From positions 1,178,001 through 1,242,000 of the forward strand of contig CM022674.1 in NCBI GenBank assembly GCA_012295275.1: 64,000 bases of DNA. Direction: 5' to 3'. The notes beneath the pieces are model-generated. The model was not told the DNA's origin. It made no database searches and saw only the letters and a program-made list of their open reading frames with translations. The position numbers and the translations under genes are program-made. Below are positions 30,131 to 43,244 of this stretch, piece after piece; within the stretch, counting starts at the first letter, position 1; each line of letters begins with the position of its first letter. This DNA comes from Chrysomallon squamiferum (lineage: Eukaryota; Animalia; Mollusca).

Positions 30131-30806
30131 GAGATAAATAAATAAATAAACAAAGGCAAGACCCCTAGGACGTAAGAAGAATAAAAAGTAAATGGATTAA
30201 TATACAGGAGTAAGTAATGGATGAATCGATATATATTTAAAAAAAAAAAAAAAAAAAAAAATTGATGGACTGTTTTAATGTATTTGTGTAAGAATATGTA
30301 TGTATATATGTATATATACACACACACACAGATTTATGTATGTGTATAAATATGCCAACATGTACGAATATATGTATGTATGTTTGTGTGTATATATATA
30401 TATTCATCTATACTGTATGGAATGTGTTTACGGGTATGTGCCATTTATTTATCAGTGTTTACGTTTTTGCCATTCACCCACATGTCGTTATGACTCTCGC
30501 CATGAATAACGACAATTCAACAACAACAAAATACCATCGTAGTAACTTATTACAAAGAACACCTGTTAATAATTCCTCTGCTTTCCTTTCTCTTTTGGAC
30601 AATCCGCCGTTTGTCAAGGCTGTGGCGTGTTTGATGATTTTTATGAATTTCAGTAGGTTGTTTACAAGATACTGAATCTCCAAAATTTGAGTGTGGTTGT
30701 ACGATTCCGGAGTTTTGCCCCTTTTAGGACTACTGTTATAGTTCCACCTTCTTAAACGTTTCATTTGTTGTTTTATCAGCTCTTCGAAAGATGTTGTTGC
30801 AGACAT
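24931..30806 (-). CDS. Uncharacterised ~968-aa tail-anchored protein with Ser-rich tandem repeats, 4 coding exons
   Basis: Exons 30806-30563, 29920-29766, 28272-28097 and 27262-24931 join in phase 1/0/2 via GT-AG introns (2907 nt). Helical, heptad-rich N-terminus; S/T-rich middle; hydrophobic TLATTVVVLLVIFAVACCCV ~25 aa from the C-terminus. Confidence 0.8.
25505..26420 (-). repeat. Coding minisatellite, 39/42-bp units, ~23 copies (SSANKQIQSSPLL)
   Basis: Visible in the DNA and in the translation of the 763-aa ORF. Confidence 0.95.
27277..27535. repeat. (GTTA)n/(GGTT)n/(GGTA)n compound tetranucleotide repeat
   Basis: Directly visible, abutting the exon-4 acceptor of the nested gene. Confidence 0.95.
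28097..28272 (-). CDS. Nested gene coding exon 3
   Basis: aacag|AAC; NLTRFAINSSEAIKYR...KSVTDCG; donor AG|gtaagt (phase 2). Confidence 0.78.
29278..29765. repeat. 36-bp minisatellite AGAGTATAATATTAGTATTACTGCAGTTTCTCATAC, ~13 copies (degenerate copies back to ~28960)
   Basis: Directly visible; CTGCAG in each unit. Confidence 0.95.
29766..29920 (-). CDS. Nested gene coding exon 2
   Basis: tttcag|AT; DVMQNIQHIRERLLRCQQK...RTGNTK; donor gtaata (phase 0). Confidence 0.75.
30563..30806 (-). CDS. Nested gene coding exon 1
   Basis: MSATTSFEELIKQQ...KAEELLT; donor ACAG|gtgttc (phase 1); possible acceptor 7 nt before the ATG. Confidence 0.7.
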
Positions 30807-30956
30807 TTTGACGCTGATAAATCGACAAATCCGATAAAACTCAAAAACTTTAGCGAGGATATGTTTCTGCGTATAAAAGTTTTTTTGATTGCAAATGACG
30901 TCATAGGTTTCGTCACTATGTTTGTCGTTTGATTTGTCGTATTACATCATCATCAT

Positions 30957-30995
<39 letters not shown>

Positions 30996-31158
30996 TTTGT
31001 TGCTATTTATTTATTTATTTATTTATTTTCTTCTTCTTGTTCTTCTTATTTTTCTTCTTCTTCTTCTTCTTTATTTATTTATTTATTTATTTATTTATTT
31101 TACTCCTTTTGGTTTGGATGATTAAAGTTTTGTAACCATTGAAGAAACTGGGGGTTTT

Positions 31159-31230
<72 letters not shown>

Positions 31231-32714
31231 ATTGATCAAGTAACATGTGACATGCGCGATGCTATTTCCTGGACAAGACTTCCGCAGTAATTACGAAATC
31301 TGCAGGTCATGTCACGGATTTAAGTCAAATCGATAAATAACCGATTTAAATTTATTTCAAGCGTTGGATGTACGTTTTGTATAATTCTCTATATTATATA
31401 AATTTCTTTGTGATTATTTGAAAATGTCTGTTGGTTCATATGTTTATTTGTTTATTTGTTTTGGTTGTTTATTAATTTTATTTATTTATTTATTTAGCTT
31501 TTTTTTTTTTCTTTCATTCTTCTTTTCTTTCTTTTCTTTTTTCATTTTTTTTTTCTGTCTTTTTGTGGCATGTATCATGTATTTGTATAGAAAGACAGTT
31601 GTGTGTATTTATATAATTTGTAAATGCATTTGTGCAAATAGAGGTAGTAGTAGCAGCAGTAACAGTATTATATTAGTAGTAGGAGTAGTATAAATTGTAG
31701 TAGTAGTAATAGTAGTAACAGTTTTACTAGTCGCAGTAGTAGTAATAGTATTAGTATCAGGACAATGAAGTAGTAGTAAGAAGTAGTAAGTACTAAACAG
31801 TCGCCAGCTATTCGTTTCTGTTTTCAGAAATATAATTTTTCTGGTGTTTCCAAACTTACAACTATCAAATATTTAAGAAATACGAATATTCATTAAAAAA
31901 AAGTAAATGAACTAAAATATATATATTCTTCTTTTCTGATTAACGTTGTTCCCTAAAAAAAAGTATTGCAAAATCACATAAACAAATAATATTAACATTT
32001 TATATCTGAGATAAAGAAGGAAAAAAAATGTGATTGATTGTAAGTTCAAGATTTTAGAATCACAAGTTGCGATAAAACCCATTAATACAGCTTATAAAAT
32101 TTAAGAGGAAAGAGGTTATCCGGTTCTTTCCGATAGTGATTACGGAATGTCTCGGAGAAATGCGAAGTTTCCCGAACGTATTTCTAATTCTTCGTTGTAA
32201 TAATGTTTTATGTCGTCAATAAAGTTAAGTTTTATTTGTGTATCCCGGTGAAACTTCGTACCTTGCCTCTTGTGGGAAAGTGTTTGCCTCTCTAAGATAT
32301 AAAAATGAATTTTATATCAGTGCTTGAGTCTGAAATTTGTTTTCCCAGTCTTTCGTCAGGTATCTGCCAGAATATTCGTCAGAAGACTGGTTTAATGATA
32401 ATTATAGATTATTAGTTTTACTGCGCAGCTCAGAAAGAATACAGTTAACTATGAAATCAATCTACATTCGATTAATAGATTATTTTTATATATATATATT
32501 ATTATTATTTATTTTTTATTTTTTATTTTTTTTTTTTTTTTTTAAAGTACTTATCGTCGGAGTTTTGAATTTTTTAATTTACGTTATATGCATTTAAAAC
32601 AATCCCTCTAACGTAAAATTTCGAATTTTTCCCGAACGTAATTTAATCAAACGAACGATCTCTAATGAAGACAATTACTGAACTTTGCGTCAGGTTTCTA
32701 CAAACACGCGTAAT

Positions 32715-32870
32715 CTCGTCTGAGTCACGTCTGTAACGAGACTTGGCAGATCTCTTTGTGCGAATCACTCGCGGGGGGTCACGGAGGCGAAATCAACTTC
32801 CGGTGAAGTCCGATAAGCTTTAAGTGAGTCTGAAAAGAGGAAAGAAGTGTTTTGTTGCCATGGAGATGAT
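32715..32870. promoter_or_regulatory. Candidate promoter/enhancer (AP-1, ETS, X-box motifs)
   Basis: TGAGTCA 32721, ACTTCCGG 32796, GTTGCCATGGAGAT 32854 in a CpG-rich patch. Confidence 0.35.
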
Positions 32871-33006
32871 TTCTGACACAGCGGAAAGCGTCTGAAAAAC
32901 CGGTAGTCGTGTCTTAACATTCTGTTTATACAAGAATGTGTTAAAAACGTTACATCAAGTACATTTTTGTGTATTCAGTGCATCTGTTCTTAAGGATTTA
33001 ATATAT

Positions 33007-33037
<31 letters not shown>

Positions 33038-36000
33038 TTTGCGCACTGAATATTTCCCCTGAAATAGGTTAGTACATGCAACCTAGCTATTTGTCTTGCG
33101 ACGTTTTAGGTTAGAAAGAAAAACAAAACAAGAAAACAAAAAAGTACAAAAAAAAGAAGAACAGGATCAAGAGGAAGAATAACAAGAAAATATAAAACGA
33201 GAAATGAAAACAACAAAATTAAAAGCAAGATGAAAATGGAGAAAGATAAAAAAAAAGAAGAAAAAAAAAAAAAAAAGAAGAAAAAAGAAAAAGAAAATTA
33301 AAAAAAAAAAAAAAAACAAGAAGAAAATAACAAGGCAAAATATAAAGGATAACAAGAAAATAAGAAAGTATGATTAAAGAACAGAAAATCTGAAAACCAG
33401 ATTTAAAAAATAAAAAAATTCCGATATTCAAGAAAGAAAACAATACTGCAATAAGCCTTTCAAGGAATCTAAATTAACGTTTTACAAAAGCGCCATATTA
33501 AAACACTGTAAAAAAAACAAAACAACAAAAAAAACCTCATTTTCAGATCAACAAACACAGATCTCCAAAAATACTCACTGAAAACAAAGTCATTTCAACG
33601 AAAACAACAAACTCGTAAGAAAAAAACATCAGTCTGATACGATATCTCTTTACCTCGAGATAACCATTCGTTTAAAAACTGTTTTCACGAGTCTGCTACA
33701 GAAAGCTGTATTTCTTTTGAAGCGCATCTTGCACTGCTTGACCTGCTGTTTAAAACCTTGAAGCCTTTCAAAACGCTGTTTAGATAACACGGACTAAACG
33801 ACGCAAATTAATAAACCTTTCTCCGTCGACGGAAATCGATCCCACGCGCTCTCGAACGCCGCGAAAACAGACAATTTTGTGGTTAGCTGCGTCTGCTTCG
33901 GACATTAGCAGACGAATAGTTTGACCTTTCCAAGCAGTCTCTGTTTCGCCAGAGTCCCTGTTTGACTTTGTCCTCGAAACCTGATTAACGAGTTCTTGTG
34001 TTTTCTCGTTCAGTTAACAGCTACTTGCTAATCTGACTGTAATGCGGTTACATTGCGGCTAGCACGGTACCAGGACGTATAGCCACGTTTTTAATAAAGT
34101 ACTTTCAGGACGACGTGTTTTGTTCGGAGAGAAAATAAAATAAAGAATAAAAATTAAAGAAATGAACCGCAAAGAGGCTGATTCGGCGTCTTTGAGAAGA
34201 ATGATTTAGAGCGGCGTGATAAATGAATGATAATGATGATATTAATAACTACAACGGATATTAATAATGATAATTATGATGATGATGATGATGATGATAA
34301 TGATACTAATAAAAATGATGTTGATGGTGATGATGATAGTAATAACTTCAACAATTTTAATAATGATAATTATGATGATGATGATGATGATGATGATACT
34401 AATAAAAACGATGCTGATGATTATGATGATAATAACGATGATAATGATTGTAATGATGATGATAATATAACAATAGTAATAATAATAATAATACATTTAT
34501 TATTATTATTATTATTAAATGATAAATTCTTCTCTTTTTTTTTTTTTTTTTTAATCGGATCTTTGAAAGAATTAACGAAGTGTTTTTGTATTGTTGAGTT
34601 TTTGTTTGTTGTTGTTGCTGCTGCTGCTGCTGGTTATATTTTGGGAAAGGGAGATAAGACGTCCTCGGTATACGCCGATCTGTACCGTTTCTCACAACAG
34701 CGGCTACACTGTCTACAGACATGCGCAGAACGGTTTCTCTCTCTGTGATAAGCTATCTTTTTACGATCATTTTAACGACGAAGATTTTGCCAGCGTCAAA
34801 CTTTCGTGAATTACGACAGAACGAAGTCATTAATCTTTCCTCCAACCTCAACCATTAATCTAGACCAGCTATCTGAAAAATTGTTCAATGCAGGCGTGCT
34901 TTAGCAACAAAACTAATTGACTTTTTTTTTTATTTTTTTTTTGATCTCAAATTAAAGTTTTCAAAATATAATTTCGTTTTAGTTGAAGCATTTTCACGGT
35001 TTATCTTGCAACGATTAAAATTAATATTTTATTCCGAAGACTGATAAATGACTTTGCGACAAAAAGGTCGTCAAATCTGTATATATCTTTCATATTATTT
35101 TTTAATCGTTTTATTTTATTTTAATTTTTAATTTTTATATATATTTTTTTAATTTTTCATCTTATATTTTATACGTTATTATTATTATTATTTTTTATTT
35201 TAATTTTTTTTTTTTTTTTTTAATTTCTATATTCATTTTATTATTAATTTTCATGTTCTTATATTATTTTATTCTTCTGTTTTCGCGCTTCAATTAAAAT
35301 GATTTATCTGTCTGGGCTATGTAATGGTCGATATAAATTATTAATTTTTTGACGAGATGCAGATAAGTATTAAAAAGCATGTAATGATATTCAGCAAAAA
35401 TTACTTTGCTGAACAGAAAAACTAATTAAGAGGAAAATTATTGAAACACATTTCCAAGAACGGAATTAAGATCAAGACCAAGAAAATCTAGAAAAAACAA
35501 TGCTCAGATAAACATTAACGAAAAAAAAAAAAAAAAAAGATTTCGACTCCACACAGAAGAAGAAGAAAAACTAACAGAAGAAAAAAGAACAAGAAGAAAA
35601 AACAAAGAAGCTATAAGACATTTAATAAGAAGAGAAAAAATAAAATAAAAAAATAAATAACAAGATGACACAGTAATGAAGAATAAGAAGAAGATAAAGA
35701 AATAAATAAAGAAAAATGATAATATCGAAATTTCGAAAAAAAAAGATTAAGAACAAATCAAAGATGAAGCCCCAAAAAAAAATTATCGGACGTAAGAAAG
35801 AAAAGCTTTTTAAGAAAAACGAGAGTACAAGAAGAAAAGTATGTGTAGAACAAGATTAAAAAAAGAAATGAAATAACAAGAACAAAAAGAAGATAGTCAA
35901 GAACGACAACAAAACCAGGATGGAAAAATCTGTGTGGGCAAAACTGAGGAGATACTGGGAAAGAGAACCTGTCATTCTGAGAATCATTAACAGCAAATTA

Positions 36001-36306
36001 CACAGTAAAAATTAAGAAGAAAAAGGTCAAAGCCTTTTAATAATAATAATATTAATAATAATAATAATAATAATCTTTATGAAATATGTTCTCTTCTTCC
36101 GTTTCGATGTGAATCAAGTTAAAGGCGATGCCACAGATATTCGTGAATCTGGTAAAAAAAAAAAAAAAAAAAATAACAAAAAAAAAAAACTATGCTTGTT
36201 AACTGTTTTTTTTTTTTTTTTTTTTGTTCGAAAAAAAAAATGACAGATTGTGTTATAATTTTAGGTTTCAACCATGGTTTAACCAAGAAAGAAAGAAACA
36301 AACAAA

Positions 36307-36377
<71 letters not shown>

Positions 36378-37789
36378 AATAAATAAATAAATAATAATAA
36401 TAATAATAGTAGCAGTAGTAAGTCTGGAAAAAAAGAAAGAACAGATAGAGAGAAAATAAGAAATAAATAAACAAAAGAAAGAAAGAAAGTAAAAAGAATG
36501 GATGAAGGAATAAACAAACACAAAAAGAAAAAAGAAGCAAAGAAAGACCTAATGAACGAAAGAAAAAAAAACATAAAGAAGAAGTAAGAAACAAAGAGAA
36601 TCAATGAAAGACAAAACGAAAAATAAAAAAGTTAGATAAAGAAATGATAGAATAGAAAATTGAAATAAATAAATAAAAAAATTAAAAGCCTCAGAAAATG
36701 TCACGTTATTAATTGACTTCCAGTCTAATTTCTGCTGTCATGGTAACTGACTTTAGAATATTGCTTCCAGTGAACCGTGTTGAAATTTCGTTTTAATGAT
36801 TTAGTTTAATTATTTCGTAAACTCATAAATTTTCTTACGTGTTAGGTATGCAGACCTTATCAGACTCTAAATACTGATACTGCAAAAAAGATTAGTGCAA
36901 AATGATATTTCTTCTTTACTTGTACATGTACATGTGTGCGTGTATATGTGTCTATATATATATATATATATATTGATGTATGTATTTATGTGTGTGTATG
37001 TATGTATGTATGTATGTACATACGTATGTATGCATGTATGAATGTGTATGTTTTTGTGTATATGTATATATGTGTGTATGTATGTATGTATGTATGTACA
37101 TACGTATGTATGCATGTATGAATGTGTATGTATTTGTGTATATGTATATATGTGTGTATGTATGTATTTATGTGTGTGTATGTGTGTGTATGTGTGTGTA
37201 TGTGTGTATATAATGTGTATATGTATGACTATGTATAAATGTGCGTCTTCTTTTTAATTTATATATTTCTTAATTTTGTACATATACATACTCAGAGATA
37301 CACAATATATATATATACACCTTCACAATTTCTTTCTCTCTCTCTCTGTCTGTCTGTCTGTCTGTCTCTAGCACAGAAAAACGCACTCACTCGTTTTTGT
37401 TTATTCTGCTTAAAACCAAACTCCATCTCACACATATAAATATTAATGTCAACCTGTTCGCCATTTCCTACAAAATGCAAATGAAAACCCTGGCGAGTCA
37501 CGTCTGTAATTTGAAATTACAGCTTCAGACTCTCGTACCAGTTTTACGTGACAGAATGTGATGCGAGGTCTCCAGATGCATTATTTGGTTCTTTGTCTAC
37601 CCAGCAATTTCACAATTCTCTGCCTGAACATATGTTTTTTGACTCTATTTTGATTTTTTTTTTTTTTTTTTTTTTTTTAATAATATGCTTTGAAATTGTA
37701 GCGGTGTTTACTGCAAAATAAATAATTTAATATTTGTTTTCCCTACCGTTTCACAAGTTTATATATATATATATTTTTGGTGTTTACTG

Positions 37790-38140
37790 ATACAATATGG
37801 TTTGTATCGATTTCATTCTTGAAAACAAATATACATGTAAATATATAATGCAGCTCATCTCCGATGTCATAACTGTTGTTTATTACACAATGAACGTATT
37901 CTGTTTTCAAGTAGTTTATTTTTCCATCTGAACGTTTCAGAAGGAATATCATGGTTTGAAAATCTAAAAGGTAACAAATGGTCACCACCGGCGTGTTCTC
38001 TCTGTAACTGCGAAATGTGTCTCGAATATTCTTAAATAATTTACAATTTGAATCTTCTGACGAGTTATCAATATAAGTACACAGTGGCTGTCAGTATTGA
38101 TCTACATGTCTCGTGCTAATGCATTGTCTTATCATAGACT
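37790..38140 (-). mobile_element. Decayed 3' fragment of a non-LTR retrotransposon (LINE) ORF2
   Basis: Minus strand reads ..DQY*Q...IDNSS..CKLFK.., then FRFSNHDIPSETFRWKNKLLENRIRSLCN and, after a frameshift, DIGDELHYIFTC. This resembles the post-RT C-terminal FRxSNHxLPxETGRW..CxLC..GDExHYxxxC zinc-knuckle region of LINE ORF2. Confidence 0.75.
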
Positions 38141-38409
38141 GTTAGATGTAATTTAGTCATTTCTGTCTGACGGGCTTTTTGACACGTTATAGGTTTAGTC
38201 ACGTGGCCAACGTTGTCAGGTTTTGAGAGCGAGATAACGGAATGATATTTTACGCAGTTTCATATTCTGAGACTGCAGTGCGGAGAAATAATCTTTTTTA
38301 ACTGTGGATTTTAATCTGTGCCTTTGAGTGAAAGATTTGTCTGTACGTGTGTTTGTTTTGTGTTGTAGTTGAAATTTAAACGTCGTCGTTTGTGTATAAG
38401 CAATAGATA

Positions 38410-38453
<44 letters not shown>

Positions 38454-38668
38454 ATGTGTGTGTAGACAAATGTGTGTATAATAGACAGACTCTATGTTTG
38501 TTTCTGCGTTTGTTTGTATTTGTGTGTCTGTCTGTGTTTGTTTGTATGTGTTTGTCAGTACGTGTATGTTTATTTTTGTGTTGTAGTGTGTGTGTGTGTT
38601 GATAGATAGATAGATAGTAAACAGATACCTACAGATAAATAGATAGACACAGACAGGTAGATAGATAC

Positions 38669-38716
<48 letters not shown>

Positions 38717-39512
38717 GTAGGTAGATAGATAGATAGATAGATAGATAGGACAGACAGACAGACAGACAGAACAGGTTGAATGGATGGATGAATGAACTGA
38801 AGGATATATATATATATATATATAGGAGAGTGGGTAGATAGATCGAAATAAATCAACTGACAGACAGACTATCGGATGTCTTGGTTGATGGATGCATTTT
38901 TTTTTTTTTTTGTTTTCTTTTTTTTCCTGTTCATCTTCATTTTTTTCGTTTCCTTCTTCTTTTCTTCTTTTCTTTTCTTCTTCTTCTTCTTCTTCTTCTT
39001 CTCCTTCTTTTTCTTCTTAATAGTATTCTTTTCTTCTTCTTCAACAATAGATCCCTCAAACCAAACTTCATCAAAAATTCACAGACAGGCCTGAGAAGAA
39101 ATTAGAGGTATGAGCTGAAAAAAACAACAACAACCAGAACGTGTCTCTGTTCTTTATTTCAGAATTTGCTTCTAATCGCTATGATCGATTCACCGCTCAC
39201 TGCAAATTGCTCACAGGTTCATGGTTGGGTCGACGTGAAATATAAACCACTTTTCTGCCAGCGCTAATTAATAAAGTTAGTCACTTTCGCTCTGTTGACA
39301 GCTCAAACCTACACTTTCTTATTTCTGCTAAGCTAGATTACGCAGCATTAACATCGTCCGTAATTATTATTCAAATAGTGTCTTGTTCCCACCGTTATTC
39401 GTTTTTCTTCGCGTAAATATTTTGACCGGTCGACCTGAATCACGTGACATGATTCCGTGTCTTTTTTGGTGATGGTTTCAATATGTGAATATGTTTATGT
39501 GAAATATATATA

Positions 39513-39543
<31 letters not shown>

Positions 39544-40216
39544 ATTCTGTTCATGATGTTGAGTATTATCGTTATAGCATTCATCATAATGTTTGTCTCT
39601 TTTTAATGAATTTTTTTTATCTTCGTTGTCGTCATTAATTTTTGATTATCTTCATTATAACGTTCACTATCATTACTATCATCATCATTATCATCATCAA
39701 TTTTTTTTTTTTTTTTTTTTTTATCCAGCTTTCACTTTAAATTCATCGTCATCGTTGCTGTCATTGTTGCCATCAATATAATTATCATGGGATGATGTTT
39801 GTCGTTCTAAATTATTTATTTGTTTGTAATTTTCGTGTTTTAACTGAGGGATTAATTACTTGTCGAGTCAATGACAGGCGGCGAACTCCGCTCCTAACAG
39901 ACATAATCATTCTGATATCGAGGCTGTGAGATTCTTTTTACAATATTCTCAAAAAACAAAAATAATAATAATAAAATAAAAACATACGAAATGAGACTTA
40001 TTTTAAACTATATAAAAATCAGAAAATGATCTTCAAAAACGCGAGACCCAGAGACAGAAAGAAAGAAATACAGAGAGACAGAGAGGGAAATATAGAGAAA
40101 GAGACAAACAAAGAGAGATAGATTGAGAGCGACAGACAGAAAGAGACAAAAAAACAAGTGAGAGATCTACAGAGAGAGAGAGAGAAAAAAAGAGAGAGAC
40201 AGACAGACAGACATAC

Positions 40217-40309
<93 letters not shown>

Positions 40310-40781
40310 CGACTATATTTAACTCCTTATTTCCTGCGACTACAGAAAGTTTTTGCTGATTAAAGAAAGCCTACTGCACACAGTGCAAACGGTGTTTCCT
40401 ATAATAACAGCAGAAAAATATCTTCATATTACTTGAGTGGTAATTTGAAATGTTTTTTCATCTGCTTTAAAAGAAATTCTTGGTCGGTGTCATGGATTCT
40501 GAAAAAGAACTACACAACGTTGCCTTTCTATTTGTGTAATTGTGCGTAATAGGCCGGATGCGGAAGTGGTGTAACTCTTCTTTTTTAAAGAAGCAGAAAT
40601 GTGTCTGAAAATAGTTCTTGCTATTTCGAATATGTCATGGTGCGGAAGACGTTCATTTAATTGTTGAAAAAAAAAAAAAAAAGATTTTAATAAAGGCATA
40701 GTTAGAGAATAATGATCAAAAGGGTGACAATAAATGACCAGATTACGTGTGCGTATAAAAGTGTCTATATATGTAAATGTT

Positions 40782-40813
<32 letters not shown>

Positions 40814-40824
40814 GGGGGAAAGAG

Positions 40825-40909
<85 letters not shown>

Positions 40910-41381
40910 AATGAAGATACACTGAGATACAGAAAAAAAAAAAAAGAGCAGAGAGCCATCAGTTAATATTTAAATATAAATTTAAATATATATTCTAAAA
41001 AAAAAAACTTTTTTTGGAACTATAAAATGTTATTTTATGGAATTTTATTTAATATTATTATTATTTTTTTTATTTTTTTGTTTTGTTTTATTTTTTTTAT
41101 TTTTTTTTTTTTTTTTTTATATTTGGTTTTATTTATTATTATTATTATATACATATATATATATACACATATATACACATACACTGTCAGTAATCTACAT
41201 TTGTAATTAAAGAAAATAATTATTTTCGTTGTTCTGTATATTATTAAAAGATATATATTATTTTTATTTCAAATGTTTGCTTTTTTTGTTTGTTTCCTGC
41301 CGTCATGGTTATTATTGTAATTGTAATCATTACCATTAACATTATCAGTGTAATTATCATCTTCATCATCATTAATAGTAA

Positions 41382-41430
<49 letters not shown>

Positions 41431-41631
41431 GTGATTATTATTATTATTATTGCTGTTGTTGTTGTTGTTATTATTGTTGTTGTGTCTCATTATCATCATC
41501 ATCATCATTATTATCTTTACTATCACCATCATCATTAGTAGTAGTGCTACTATTACTACTACTACTATTACTATAGAAATCTTTACTTTCCCCTTCATCT
41601 GTATTATTAAACACATAATTCGCTGTTTCAG

Positions 41632-41927
41632 GTTTAATGATTTATCTGGGTTACGGTATTTGTCACAGCAAAGCAAAATCTCAGTGGAAACCACTGACAA
41701 GTCGTCAGCCCAGAAAACCAACGCGAGTTTTAGGCGAGGCGGAAATAGATGTCCTACCACCGGAAGCGGAAGAGACAGCGTTGTTTCGAGACAGACACAT
41801 CTCCACGCACGTTGTGCAAGTCCATGCGACGTCATCGCCAGTGATGTCGTGTCCCGGTGACTATTTTCCTGTCTCTAAGGCACCGTTTCAAAATCCTGGA
41901 GTAAAATATGGCTCAATTTCAAAATAA
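41632..41927 (+). CDS. Putative alternative CAT terminal exon 12b (distal paralogue of exon 12a)
   Basis: tgtttcag|GT TTA ATG is a phase-1 acceptor. It reads GLMIYLGYGICHS..., aligning with GFSIYFLYGIRHS of exon 12a, and is open to TAA at 41927. GC-richer, non-repetitive island. Confidence 0.72.
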
Positions 41928-41963
41928 TTCCTCCTGTGGCGTACTGGTTTGAAAATTGTTAAA

Positions 41964-42050
<87 letters not shown>

Positions 42051-43244
42051 TTAAAACACAAGAGAACTAATAATGACATTTAATTTGTTGTTAATGTACA
42101 TGTTGCTACTGTCATAGTAAACATTTTATAGTTTTAATATTTATTCTGTTTGTTACTGTTAAATTTTTTTTTTTAATCAACGTTTATTGTCAATCAGTCA
42201 ATTAATTTACTAATTAATATTCATTATAATTTGTAAAAAAAAAAAAAAAAAAAAAAATTAATAAGAAATTTAATGTCTTTTCTTTCCTGTGTTTGTACCT
42301 GTGTTTGTGGCTTTGGATGGGTATAAGAAAATACATTAAAATTTTACATGTTTTATTATATATTATTTTTCTTGTCACTTTACTGTTTTATTTTGTTTTT
42401 TAATTAATTAGAGATGCAGCCGCAGATAATAATTTCTCAGGATAAGTTACATAAAATTCAGTTTGATTTCTGAAAAGGGTGTCATGTGATATCTCTGGAA
42501 CAAAATAAAACACGTAAATTGATCTATGACGTCAAGGCGATATAAAAATGACGTAAGGATTTATGAAAGGACGTCATAGTCTTATGAAAGGATATCGGAA
42601 TTGTGTAACAAAGACGTTTTTTATCAATGTTTCAATAAACCTACTCTTTGTTACTTTTACATTCGTTAAAAATAAATTAATATTTTTTTTATTGTTATGT
42701 TTTTTTGAATGTTTTTACGATTTTAATGGAAAATAAATTATTCAAGATCTAATTTGACTTTCTCTTTTTTTCTGTGTTCTTGCAAATCTATTTTTGATAG
42801 AAATCAACTTTTATTTCAGTTTAAGTTTTACGACGACAACAACAACAACAACAAAAATAACAATTTAAAAACATTAATGAATTAATAATAAAATGAATAG
42901 AAATGAATTTAAATTATCATGAGAAAGAAATCTTACATCTCCATAAACGTACAGAATATTTTCTCACATAAAATTAATTAAAAATAATATCAAGAAAAAT
43001 AATTCCTATCATTGTTGTCGTTGGTGGTGGTTGTGGTGGTGGTGGTGTTATTATTTCTGTTGTGGTTATTATTATTACTGTTGTTGTTGTTGTTGTTGTT
43101 GACATGGTTGTTGTTGGAATGAACATATCTCTATCTTCTTCCTATGTCTCTTTTCCTCTAGTACAACAATGTGTTTCACTTTTTTCTTCTTGTTTTCTTT
43201 ATCATCTTTATATTCATTATCGCAGTTTTCTTTTTCTTTTTCTT

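Noticed and set aside
41450-41860. Alternative + frame (and the 41269-41835 minus ORF) over exon 12b
   Set aside because: These begin or end in microsatellite; only the 41637 frame matches the CAT motif and splice phase
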